DNA from: an uncultured bacterium
GTDB taxonomy: Bacteria > Babelota > Babeliae > Babelales > JABCYS01
Reading direction: 5' to 3'
DNA: 64,000 nt
Assembly (NCBI GenBank): GCA_963705705.1
Contig: CAVPKK010000006.1
Span: 32,001-96,000, forward strand
Shown here: positions 29,554 through 38,459 of the stretch, in pieces
How the letters are laid out: every line of letters begins with the position of its first letter
How positions within the stretch are numbered: the stretch's first letter is position 1
Position numbers and translations under genes: made by a program
The notes under the pieces: model-generated
Database searches by the model: none
Told to the model about the DNA's origin: nothing
What the model saw: only the letters and a program-made list of their open reading frames with translations

Positions 29554-29634
29554 CCGCGCGTACCCTTTTACCCCAAATTCACCCAAGAGGGAACCCGAGT
29601 TTTGGGGACCCCAATTGAGGCTCAGGACGAGCGG
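29554..29634. repeat. Palindromic repeat family A with CCCCAAA...TTGGGG inner hairpin
   Basis: Matches the reverse complement of 59375..59460; ends CTCAGGACGAGCGG. Confidence 0.85.
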
Positions 29635-29716
29635 GTTATTCTACCTTCCATGACTGGAGTATAGAGCTCTGCATCTTGAATCTTTGCTTCTGATTAACAA
29701 ACCAAAAAATTGGCAC

Positions 29717-29757
29717 AAAAAAAGGCCATCCCAAGAAAATTATTCTCGGAATGGCCT
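29717..29757 (-). terminator. Intrinsic terminator of the 29785 gene
   Basis: GGCCAT...ATGGCC stem with adjacent A-run on the plus strand. Confidence 0.7.
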
Positions 29758-29784
29758 CTGTAAAATTATATAATCGAAGAAAGA

Positions 29785-30657
29785 TTAATCGTCTTTGCGT
29801 TGGCGGCGAATCTTCTCAACAGTTTCAATTCTGTCAGCTGCGGTCGGCCAGTTATTGAGTAATGAAATTACCGGGGCAGAACCGACTTTGTAAGGCAAGC
29901 CAGCATGTTCATTTTCTTTAGCAATTGCACTCGCAAGAGCCGCAGGCTTTTTTAGATGATGAGCCGCGGTGCGATCCGCGTCATCGATTCTTGACCGTAA
30001 CCATGCTTGGCCACCCAAGGTAATTAGTGCAGCCATAATGGGATTGCGGCGGTATCGCGGATCCGAATTTCTTGTCAGCTGTAGCGAATAATATGGATTG
30101 CATTGTAGAAAGCTGCTGAGCATATAATGCAATCGTACATAGCGATGCTTAATCTGTGAAACTGCCTGGGTTAGATATGCTTCTAACTCATCTTGATTGA
30201 GCATATCAAGCGCATCTTGCGTAATGGTGATGGCAGCATAGCGAGAAGACCATCCATAAACTACGGCATTAATTTTCCCTGTCCAAAGCTTCGCATTAAC
30301 ATCTGCATGATTAATGACATATAGATCTGGCATCGGCACATTCATTTGCTCACACGCTGAACCAACAATTGCATAAACATGTCGGTAGCGTGTTCTATCT
30401 AGTTCTTGCGCCCAGCTCCAAAAATTAGCAAGTTCATAACCGCGTCTAATTATTGTATCGAAATAGAGAAAACCGATCAGACCATCAATGGCACCGCCGA
30501 TTGAAAAACCATCATGGCTTCTTTCTGCTGCTTCTGGTCGCAGGAAAGAAACTTTCTGATTTTGCTTAGACGTGGCACCTTGTTTAGCAGCTGTTACGCT
30601 ACCGGCCACACTAACATTTGCAATAAGTAATAGGGATAAGACTATTCTGTTTTTCAT
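29785..30657 (-). CDS. M48/HtpX-like protein lacking HExxH
   Basis: PMPDLYVI, INAVVYG, AITITQDALDMLNQDELEAYL, ADRTAA, ALASAI, WPTAADRI; HExxH position reads QAVSQ. Confidence 0.75.
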   Translation of the reverse strand: MKNRIVLSLLLIANVSVAGSVTAAKQGATSKQNQKVSFLRPEAAERSHDGFSIGGAIDGLIGFLYFDTIIRRGYELANFWSWAQELDRTRYRHVYAIVGSACEQMNVPMPDLYVINHADVNAKLWTGKINAVVYGWSSRYAAITITQDALDMLNQDELEAYLTQAVSQIKHRYVRLHYMLSSFLQCNPYYSLQLTRNSDPRYRRNPIMAALITLGGQAWLRSRIDDADRTAAHHLKKPAALASAIAKENEHAGLPYKVGSAPVISLLNNWPTAADRIETVEKIRRQRKDD

Positions 30658-30818
30658 ATAGTAATCCAGTAATGATTTAGACATTTGACAACGGACGGGT
30701 AGGCTACCGGAAATTGGTTCGTTGAACAACTGCTTTGCTTTGATTGAGGGCTTGACCATAGCAAGGCCATAGTTATGCTGGCCAAACTAAGCAAAAAAAT
30801 TTCAATAAGGAACTTAAC

Positions 30819-31616
30819 ATGATTCGTCGCAGCTCACTTTCTCTATTGAGCATGTTATGCGCAACCAGCCTCTTGTGTGCAGAAAATGAAACACAAAGAA
30901 ATTATTACTATTATCCAAAGCACCAAGAGCCACGCGCTTCACTTGATCGCTTAATAGGCTTCATATACCCCGATACACTAAGCCGTCGGCTCTACGAGCT
31001 TGTCCATTACCTAAGCTGGGGCCATCCTTTGGATGCCGTAAAATATGCGTGGATCTATGAGGCTGTCCGCGATTTATCTATTAAATTGAATGTTCCAATG
31101 CCGCAGCTGAATGTACTGAGTCATATGCGCGTAAATTCCCTACTGTGGACCGGCAAAATTAACCTATTGGTTTACGGCTGGTCGCCAGAGGATGCCTCAA
31201 TTACTATTACGCAAGATGCCATTGATTTATTAACTCAAGATGAAATGCGTGGCTATTTGGCATATGGTGTGGCACAAATTGCCTATAGATACATTGTGTT
31301 AAGTCGACCAGATACTTTGCTTTCATATACAACCCCTCTATCGCGCCTTTTAATTGCCGACTTTGTAAAAACCCAGGTGCTAATTGCGGATTACCACGGC
31401 GCAATCGCCGTCAATGATCCGCAGCCATTAATCGAAGCGATTAGAAAAGAGTATGCGCATGCAGGTCTACCCTATACGTTCATGTCGTTGCCCATTATTT
31501 CTTGGTTTTCCTCATGGCCAACGGCTGAACAACGAATAAGTTATTTACAACAGCTATCGACTGCACTGCCGAAAAGAAGTTCTAAAGGGAAAAAGGAAAA
31601 ACGGAATGTATCTTGA
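30819..31616 (+). CDS. M48/HtpX-like protein lacking HExxH (divergent paralogue)
   Basis: VPMPQLNVL, SITITQDAIDLLTQDEMRGYL, WPTAEQRI; HExxH position reads YGVAQ. Confidence 0.75.
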   Translation: MIRRSSLSLLSMLCATSLLCAENETQRNYYYYPKHQEPRASLDRLIGFIYPDTLSRRLYELVHYLSWGHPLDAVKYAWIYEAVRDLSIKLNVPMPQLNVLSHMRVNSLLWTGKINLLVYGWSPEDASITITQDAIDLLTQDEMRGYLAYGVAQIAYRYIVLSRPDTLLSYTTPLSRLLIADFVKTQVLIADYHGAIAVNDPQPLIEAIRKEYAHAGLPYTFMSLPIISWFSSWPTAEQRISYLQQLSTALPKRSSKGKKEKRNVS

Positions 31617-32715
31617 GCGTGAAAAGCTACGGGCCGATCTCAAAGTATTTCTCACCATCATAGCCGCGCTTATTATAGTTGGGCTATTGTTTATCTATTC
31701 TTCAAGCTCAGTGTATGCGCTTGAGAAATTGGGCAGCGCGCAACATTTTGTTGTTAAACAATTAGTTGGGTTGATCCTCGGCATTGTGGCATTAATTATA
31801 GTGCGCCTTATTCCCCTGGAATTTATTAAAAAGGCAAGTCCTTATATTTTTCTTGGCACACTCGGGATGACTGCAGCTACTTTATTCGGGCCACTTGCCG
31901 TGCGAATTCATGGTTCAAGCCGTTGGTTGAATATTAAAGGATTCATGTTTCAACCCAGCGAATTTTTGAAAATGGCATTGCTGGTATATGTTGCCTATTT
32001 TTTGACGAAGAAAGAACGCAAAACCGCATCATTTGTGCATGGTTATTTACCATTTCTCACGATTCTTGGTTTTACGTGCGCGGTACTTTTAAAGCAGCCA
32101 GACTTTGGCATGGCCATCACCTGCGGTGTAACCGTATTCTTAGAACTATTTATTGCGCAATTTCGCACCAAGCATTTGTTGATCACCCTTTCGCTCGCCC
32201 TGCCAGGTATTGCAGGGTTGGTCTACTTTTTCCCTTACCGCCTAAAACGAATCTTAACATTCTTAAATCCTTGGGACGATCCGCAAGGTACTGGCTTTCA
32301 GATTATTCAATCATTAATTGCAATTGGTTCTGGAAGCTTTTGGGGAACGGGAATTGCGCATTCGAAACAAAAGTTCTTTTATCTACCGATGCAACATACC
32401 GATTTTATTTTTTCCATTATTGCTGAAGAAACCGGCTTTGTCGGTTCCTTTTTGCTCATTTTATTGTTTGTACTGTTTACTTATTTCGGCATTCGTATTG
32501 CGTGGGGTCTTAAAGATCCATTCGCTATTTATGCCACACTTGGTTTTGTGTTGGTTACCAGTTTGCAGGCAATTATTAACTTGGCAGTCACTATTGGTAT
32601 GGTGCCCACGAAGGGCATTGGTTTGCCATTCATCAGCGGTGGCAGCACCGCACTGATTGCTAATTTGGCTATGGTAGGCCTAGTCATCAACTGCGTTCAT
32701 GAAAGTAAGTTATAA
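31606..32715 (+). CDS. ftsW: SEDS family peptidoglycan polymerase FtsW
   Basis: GSSRWL, FQPSEFLK, LKQPDFG, GFQIIQSLIAIGSG, LPMQHTDFIFSIIAEETG, PTKGIGLPFISGGS; near murD. Confidence 0.9.
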   Translation: MYLEREKLRADLKVFLTIIAALIIVGLLFIYSSSSVYALEKLGSAQHFVVKQLVGLILGIVALIIVRLIPLEFIKKASPYIFLGTLGMTAATLFGPLAVRIHGSSRWLNIKGFMFQPSEFLKMALLVYVAYFLTKKERKTASFVHGYLPFLTILGFTCAVLLKQPDFGMAITCGVTVFLELFIAQFRTKHLLITLSLALPGIAGLVYFFPYRLKRILTFLNPWDDPQGTGFQIIQSLIAIGSGSFWGTGIAHSKQKFFYLPMQHTDFIFSIIAEETGFVGSFLLILLFVLFTYFGIRIAWGLKDPFAIYATLGFVLVTSLQAIINLAVTIGMVPTKGIGLPFISGGSTALIANLAMVGLVINCVHESKL

Positions 32716-32725
32716 GGTTCACATC

Positions 32726-33016
32726 ATGATAAAAAACAAATTTTTCAACGTAATGCTATTCATCACATTAAGCGGCAGCCTACCCAATCATTTGCATGCA
32801 ACTGTTCCAATTCTTCCTAAACCAGAACCTGACTTTGTGGTAATGATTGAAACATATCAAGGAGATGATGGATATGAAGCAGAAGATGAATATGAAACAC
32901 TTATACCTAGCAGAAAAGGTACAGATCTCGAAGCATCCAGCAAGTTACGGGTATGCAGTTTCTTCGTCACTCTCTTGACGTTTGGACTAGTGACAACGTA
33001 TATTTCATCACACTGA
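32726..33016 (+). CDS. Small secreted protein with C-terminal TM anchor
   Basis: Signal-like N-terminus and hydrophobic C-terminus. Confidence 0.55.
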   Translation: MIKNKFFNVMLFITLSGSLPNHLHATVPILPKPEPDFVVMIETYQGDDGYEAEDEYETLIPSRKGTDLEASSKLRVCSFFVTLLTFGLVTTYISSH

Positions 33017-33034
33017 TTTTAAATAAGGAATATC

Positions 33035-33361
33035 GTGAAAAAGCAGATGCTGATATCTATATTACTGACCATCACGATACCCATTTCTTTATGTGGTATG
33101 GAATCTGATCTGAGCGCGACGTATGAGCCAGCGCTCTGGCAAGAAGAGGATATTGCAGCCATCCGCGACGAATTAGCAAGACGTAATGCCGAGGTACCGC
33201 CGCGCGATCAAGTTTTTGCACGTCGTTATACTCAGCAGGATCCGCCACGGCTTGCAAGGTATCAACTCTGCGGTTTGGCAATAATAGGCACTTCAGTAGT
33301 ACTGGTTGGATATTATTTATTTAATGTAGCGATGCATCTTCGCTCCTTTCACAAAGTCTAA
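33035..33361 (+). CDS. Small secreted protein with C-terminal TM anchor
   Basis: AAGGA RBS plus GTG; signal peptide; C-terminal hydrophobic helix. Confidence 0.65.
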   Translation: MKKQMLISILLTITIPISLCGMESDLSATYEPALWQEEDIAAIRDELARRNAEVPPRDQVFARRYTQQDPPRLARYQLCGLAIIGTSVVLVGYYLFNVAMHLRSFHKV

Positions 33362-33463
33362 TCATCCAATAGTTAGTAGCCGATTTTTAAGTATTATATA
33401 AACTCTTCGCATCTCAAGAAGTTGTTATGCTCTTTCATTAAATCATTTAACTAAGACTACACC

Positions 33464-35050
33464 ATGAACAATGCCCACATTCTTCTCGCAGCAGCACTAT
33501 TTCCACTATTAAGTAATGCGTCACAAGAGCAGGGATCTATTGAGATGCCAAAAGCCTCCTGTTCTCAGGCAATTGGCAGCAGCTCAACAACAGCAGTAGC
33601 TGAAGTGCAAGACACCGTCTCTGGAGATTCACTTTTTATTGATGATGAAAAAGTTGGGTTTTTTCCTGTTATTGTTGTTCCGCAAATCGAATCTCTTAAC
33701 GATCAGGACCAACTTTCTGAGGCAGAAGATACCGATCAAGATGATGATGATATAGAAGTACCAAGTTCGGCATTAGATAAAGGATTTTGGCGCCGTATGG
33801 TATGGGATAGTGAAAGCCCGAATGTGTGGTGTGATACAGAAAGTTCTACGAGTGAGTATGCAATGCCACCCATATCTCAATTTAAAAAACCAATTTCATT
33901 AACGTTTCGTGATTATTATTTAGGGAACAAATCACTTGGCGTGCCGGCACATAAGGACTATGTAGATTCTTATCTTAATAAATGTCATGCCATAAATTTA
34001 ATAGGTTTAAGCCTGTGTAGCGTTCGCTTAAAAAGCAAAAAGAGTTTGATTACGAGACTTATTTTGAGCAGTTTGGATGGCTTGGATGAGATTCCCGAAT
34101 TAGCAAAAATATCCCAACTTTCAGTTTCCAATCAAGATATTGAAACGTTTCCGGACGTTGTTGATACTCTTCAAAATAATCCAATCGACTTTACTACGCC
34201 TCAGCAGCCGAGTCAGCTCGCTTCAATTACAGAGGAGATCCTGGCATCTGCTCCAGCACCAACTTTGTACGAAGAAATAAGAATAGCGATTAACGAGCTT
34301 CATGAACTGGAGAAAAAGGCGCGGCAGCTGGGCGCCATTAACGCTTGGTTAGTAAACGCAAATCTAGCACGCCTACAGCATACATTCCGAACCTATAAAC
34401 CTATTGCACAGCCAAAATTCACCGGACTGGTTACACTCTCTTTAATAAATAACAAAATCAGCATTTTGCCCGAATCTATTTGCAAACTGGTAACATTACG
34501 CCAGCTAATATTAGTAGATAACCAGATACGGGTGCTTCCCGAGACTTTTACGAATCTTACCAATCTCGAAATGTTAAATTTGCATTCCAATTGCCTTGAA
34601 TCAGTTCCTGATAGTATTGGAGAACTCGTATGCCTTGAGCAGCTTATATTGGAAAGAAATCGACTCGAAACCATACCTGCCACAATCTCACAATTGCGGG
34701 CGTTAAAAAAATTACATCTTGCCGATAATAGGATAACGCGTTTGCCTAATATCAAATGCTTGTATCAACTCATTTCCATGAGTCTACTTGGCAATCCGAT
34801 TATGCAACAATATGGGATAAGTGCCGCCCCGATTCTACAATATGCGCTATTGCAACATTATAATGGGCAAGAGTGCATGGATGATGCCCATTTTGTGAAA
34901 TGCTCTCAGCTACGCCGTGAAGAACAAAAATCTGGTGATTCTTCGCTCAATGCAGACAAAGATTCTTTCATCCAAGATTTAGAGAGAAGAACGATTTTGG
35001 CATTCACTGAGGAAAAAGAAATAGTAAAAGCAGATGATGAGCTGGATTAA
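33464..35050 (+). CDS. Secreted leucine-rich-repeat protein
   Basis: Signal peptide; tandem LxLxxNxIxxLPxxIxxLxxL repeats in the C-terminal half. Confidence 0.88.
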   Translation: MNNAHILLAAALFPLLSNASQEQGSIEMPKASCSQAIGSSSTTAVAEVQDTVSGDSLFIDDEKVGFFPVIVVPQIESLNDQDQLSEAEDTDQDDDDIEVPSSALDKGFWRRMVWDSESPNVWCDTESSTSEYAMPPISQFKKPISLTFRDYYLGNKSLGVPAHKDYVDSYLNKCHAINLIGLSLCSVRLKSKKSLITRLILSSLDGLDEIPELAKISQLSVSNQDIETFPDVVDTLQNNPIDFTTPQQPSQLASITEEILASAPAPTLYEEIRIAINELHELEKKARQLGAINAWLVNANLARLQHTFRTYKPIAQPKFTGLVTLSLINNKISILPESICKLVTLRQLILVDNQIRVLPETFTNLTNLEMLNLHSNCLESVPDSIGELVCLEQLILERNRLETIPATISQLRALKKLHLADNRITRLPNIKCLYQLISMSLLGNPIMQQYGISAAPILQYALLQHYNGQECMDDAHFVKCSQLRREEQKSGDSSLNADKDSFIQDLERRTILAFTEEKEIVKADDELD

Positions 35051-35056
35051 GTCTGG

Positions 35057-35087
35057 AAAAAAGGGCACTCGATCGAGTGCCCTTTTT
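35057..35087. terminator. Bidirectional intrinsic terminator
   Basis: AAAAAAGGGCACTC-GATC-GAGTGCCCTTTTT between convergent genes. Confidence 0.9.
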
Positions 35088-35096
35088 GTTTTGCCA

Positions 35097-36602
35097 TTAT
35101 TTAAAATTCATTGCTAATTCGATAAGCAATCGAACGCTGGAGCCTGAGGCGCCGTGTTCTACATAGCTTGTACTCGGCAGATCAAATGCGTTACTTGCAA
35201 TGTCCAAATGTACCCATGGGCAATCATCAACGAAATGTTTAAGAAACATCGCGGCAGTAGTAGCGCCAGCTTTGTAACTACTTTTTCCTATATTACAAAG
35301 ATCGGCAATGTCGGATGAAATAGCTGCTTCATAATCCTCATGCAATGGTAAACGCCAAACGCGGTCGCCAGATATTTTGGCGGCGTCATCAACTTTTTCA
35401 GCCAATTTATCATCCATGGTAAATAGACCGCTATAAAATGGACCTACGGCATAATCACACGCACCGGTTAGAGTTGCCACATCTACAATAAGTCCCGGTT
35501 CATAATGCTTTACTGCATACGATAACGCATCCGCCAAAATGAGACGGCCTTCAGCATCAGTATTTCTTACTTCGGCCGTTTTGCCATTGTAGAATGTAAT
35601 GATGTCACCCGGCTTGGTTGCGGTTCCACTTGGTAAGTTTTCCGACGTTGGAGCAATGGCAACCACATTCACCGGAGCCTTTAAAGCTGCAAGAGCGCCG
35701 ATGGCATTTATAACTGATGCAGCACCCGACATATCTTCTTTCATTGTTTCCATACTGGCCGCCGGTTTAAGACTTAATCCACCTGAATCAAAGGTGATTC
35801 CTTTGCCGACCAGAGCAATTTTCTTATCAGCCTTTTTGCCACCGTTGTATTCTAAAATAATGAACTTGGCATCTTGATGCGATCCGGCCGAAACGGCTGC
35901 AAGGCCGCCCATTCCCATTTTAATAATTTCTTGCTCGCCAAAGACAGTAATTTTGAGCTTGTGTTCCTTGGCAACTCGTTCGGCGTGTTCAGCCAAATGA
36001 GTTGGATTGAGTTTGCTTGGTGGTGTATCAATTTGATGACGTGTGGTATTCACTGCAATTGCAATAATCTCGCCAGCTTTCTTTGCCTGCTCTGCACCTT
36101 TTTGTTGTGCCTTGCCCACGCAAATGGTGATTGCCAATTCTTTGGTTGAAAGGCGTTCTTTTTTGAAATCATCAAAATGATAGCCAGCCATATGGGCAGT
36201 AGTTACTGTTTGTTGAATGAAATGGCCTATTTCGGTGCCAAAATCCTTTGGATTCAACAATTCAAAGGCGAGCGATGGCAATTTATGTGATTCTGCTAAA
36301 CGAACGAGACGGCCAACGGCGCGGCGATAGTTTTCGATATCGTAGGTACGGCCTTTTCGCTTACCCAGTCCGATAAATAATAAATGGATGAGTTTATCGT
36401 CATGATAAATTGGCAATGAGATACCAGAATTGGCCTTGCCGGTAAATCCGCGCTCGTTAAAAAATTGTTGCAGTGATGGAAAAAGATGTTTTGCTGTGGC
36501 AGAAAGTTCTTTGCCAAAGGTGAAACTTTCTTCTAGGAACCAAACGCGACTTGCGACTGGTTGATCATGAATCGATTTTGTAGAAATATTTATCGAGATC
36601 AT
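35097..36602 (-). CDS. pepA: Leucyl aminopeptidase (M17)
   Basis: VGKGITFDSGGLSLK, MKEDMSGAA, NTDAEGRLILADAL, ATLTGA. Confidence 0.95.
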   Translation of the reverse strand: MISINISTKSIHDQPVASRVWFLEESFTFGKELSATAKHLFPSLQQFFNERGFTGKANSGISLPIYHDDKLIHLLFIGLGKRKGRTYDIENYRRAVGRLVRLAESHKLPSLAFELLNPKDFGTEIGHFIQQTVTTAHMAGYHFDDFKKERLSTKELAITICVGKAQQKGAEQAKKAGEIIAIAVNTTRHQIDTPPSKLNPTHLAEHAERVAKEHKLKITVFGEQEIIKMGMGGLAAVSAGSHQDAKFIILEYNGGKKADKKIALVGKGITFDSGGLSLKPAASMETMKEDMSGAASVINAIGALAALKAPVNVVAIAPTSENLPSGTATKPGDIITFYNGKTAEVRNTDAEGRLILADALSYAVKHYEPGLIVDVATLTGACDYAVGPFYSGLFTMDDKLAEKVDDAAKISGDRVWRLPLHEDYEAAISSDIADLCNIGKSSYKAGATTAAMFLKHFVDDCPWVHLDIASNAFDLPSTSYVEHGASGSSVRLLIELAMNFK

Positions 36603-36652
36603 TTGTTCTCCGCTTTAAATTGAGTATGCGGAGAAACTAACAAAATCAAACG

Positions 36653-37039
36653 CTAAAAGTAATACCAACGTGGGTAACGCCAATAATTTTTGTAGCCACG
36701 GCTTTCGTTGTAACGATATCGTGAATTCTTATAACGCCAGTAATCGCAATGTTTTTCACTAAAACCAGCAGGACAATCAGGCACGCAATGGCGAGCTTCG
36801 CGCTGATCCCAATATTTCGCACCGAATGCGCGGCGCAATGCAATTTCATCGCTGTTTAAATCTTCAGTACAGTCTTGGCTATATTCATATGAATAATTTT
36901 CCTCATTTTGGGCCGTTATAAGCGAACTGGCTGCCAACAGGGAAAATAATAATAATATTTTGCTTATGCCGTTCGTATCCTTCGATACATTTTGCTGCGC
37001 AAAACACTCAGGACGAACGGTTTTTGTGTTTTTCTTCAT
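36653..37039 (-). CDS. Small secreted protein with Tyr/Arg-rich C-terminus; palindromic repeat in-frame in its N-terminus
   Basis: Signal h-region ILLLFSLLAASSLITA; three clustered Cys (HCVPDCP...HC); YWRY repeats. Confidence 0.7.
   Translation of the reverse strand: MKKNTKTVRPECFAQQNVSKDTNGISKILLLFSLLAASSLITAQNEENYSYEYSQDCTEDLNSDEIALRRAFGAKYWDQREARHCVPDCPAGFSEKHCDYWRYKNSRYRYNESRGYKNYWRYPRWYYF
36969..37020. repeat. Palindromic repeat family A, inside a CDS
   Basis: CCGTTCGTATCCTTCGATACATTTTGCTGCGCAAAACACTCAGGACGAACGG; core matches ~60845..60877 in reverse. Confidence 0.9.
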
Positions 37040-37054
37040 CTCAATTCTTCTTTT

Positions 37055-37348
37055 TTACAAACCAACGTAAAATCCAAAACTTGGTCGCTGATAGTAATAG
37101 TATGGATAATAATATCCATAGCTCATGCGCCAGGCGTATGGAGGGCCATTCCAATAATAATTGGGGTAATAACCGCCTCCGTAATTTTGCCCGTAATATA
37201 AGGCACGCAATTTGCGGCGCTCATGACGACGCTGCTTCCGTTCAATTTTTGCGGTAGCTTTTGTTTCAGCTGCTTTTGCATCTCGTACTTTTCCTTCTAG
37301 GTACACCAATGTACAAAGAAAAAGTAGCGGCATTAATAACTTCTTCAT
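37055..37348 (-). CDS. Small secreted Arg/Tyr-rich protein
   Basis: MKKLLMPLLFLCTLVYLEG; basic helix, Tyr-rich block, C-terminal SFGFYVGL. Confidence 0.75.
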   Translation of the reverse strand: MKKLLMPLLFLCTLVYLEGKVRDAKAAETKATAKIERKQRRHERRKLRALYYGQNYGGGYYPNYYWNGPPYAWRMSYGYYYPYYYYQRPSFGFYVGL

Positions 37349-37352
37349 GTTG

Positions 37353-37383
37353 AAAAAAGTGGGGCCTCTCGAAAGAGACCCCA
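37353..37383 (-). terminator. Intrinsic terminator within the small-protein cluster
   Basis: GGGGTCTCT-TTCG-AGAGGCCCC-AC-TTTTTT on the minus strand. Confidence 0.8.
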
Positions 37384-37396
37384 TATATAGGCTTAA

Positions 37397-37744
37397 TTAA
37401 ATGCCAACTGAGACTACACCAGGTACACCGACCTCAACACCTGGACCATAACCGTAGTCATAATCGTACGGATAGTAGTCATCATAGTAATCGTTATCGT
37501 AGTCTGGACCATAATCAGCGTAGTAGCCATAAGGACGACCGCCCCAACCCCAATTGCCACGATTGCCGCGCCAGTGACCTTCATGACGATCGCCGCCATG
37601 ATATACGCCGCCACCATGGTAGCCAGGCATACCGTGATGTGCTTCACCGCCGCGACCGCCGCCAATACCAGCTCCACCTCTTTCAGCTGCTAATGCAAGT
37701 GTACCTGCAAGCAACAGAGGAATTAAAATAAATAATTTCTTCAT
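37397..37744 (-). CDS. Small secreted Gly/His then Tyr/Asp-rich protein
   Basis: GGAG RBS; MKKLFILIPLLLAGTLALA; ends GVEVGVPGVVSVGI. Confidence 0.8.
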   Translation of the reverse strand: MKKLFILIPLLLAGTLALAAERGGAGIGGGRGGEAHHGMPGYHGGGVYHGGDRHEGHWRGNRGNWGWGGRPYGYYADYGPDYDNDYYDDYYPYDYDYGYGPGVEVGVPGVVSVGI

Positions 37745-37769
37745 TACATTCTCCTTTTTATTGTTTTAC

Positions 37770-38168
37770 TTAAATACCGATCGAAAATCCGAGACCACCT
37801 ACGCCAAAGCCTGGGCCGTAATCGTAGTCGTCATAGTAGTCATCATAATACGGGTAATCATCGTAATCGTATCCGTATCCATCATAGTATGGGTAGCCCC
37901 AGCCGTAGCCGTAGTATGGGTAACCCCATCCCCAGCCGCCGCCGTATCCCCAACCACCATGGGCCCAGCCACGACCGCCATGACCCCAGCCACCACCGTG
38001 ACCCCAGCCACCATGACCGCCACCATGGAATCCGCCGCCGCCGTGCATTCCTGCTCCGCCACCGTGACCACCACCACCATGACCACCACCACCGCCGCCT
38101 CTAGCTTCCAAGGCTACAATGCCAGCAAGCAAAAGAGGGATTAAAACTAGTAATTTTTTGAACTTCAT
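37770..38168 (-). CDS. Small secreted Gly/His/Trp then Tyr/Asp-rich protein
   Basis: AGGAG RBS; MKFKKLLVLIPLLLAGIVALEA; ends GFGVGGLGFSIGI. Confidence 0.8.
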   Translation of the reverse strand: MKFKKLLVLIPLLLAGIVALEARGGGGGGHGGGGHGGGAGMHGGGGFHGGGHGGWGHGGGWGHGGRGWAHGGWGYGGGWGWGYPYYGYGWGYPYYDGYGYDYDDYPYYDDYYDDYDYGPGFGVGGLGFSIGI

Positions 38169-38195
38169 AGTCTCTCCTTATTATTGGATTAAAGT

Positions 38196-38459
38196 TTAAA
38201 AATAAACGCCAAAACGGTGTCTACGCCAGTATGGGCGATTGTAGTAGTACGGTCTTCCGTAATAATACGGGCTTGCGTAATAACCACGGCCCCAATATGG
38301 ACGACCCCAATGGCGATGATAGCCAAAGAGCGTTTCTACTTGTGGACCTTGCTCGACGTCACGCACTATTTCGGACACCGGGTTATGCATATCTGCTGCA
38401 TATTCACTGGCCGATAATGACCACGCGAATAGCAATGGAATAAATAATAGACGCTTCAT
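38196..38459 (-). CDS. Small secreted Arg/Pro/Tyr-rich protein
   Basis: MKRLLFIPLLFAWSLSA; RPYW/RPYY repeats; TAATG overlap with the hydrolase stop. Confidence 0.75.
   Translation of the reverse strand: MKRLLFIPLLFAWSLSASEYAADMHNPVSEIVRDVEQGPQVETLFGYHRHWGRPYWGRGYYASPYYYGRPYYYNRPYWRRHRFGVYF

Noticed and set aside
37761..38144. Thr/Val-rich and His-rich ORFs in other frames or on the opposite strand
   Set aside because: By-products of the Gly/Tyr codon repeats of the 37770 gene; no RBS or signal peptide
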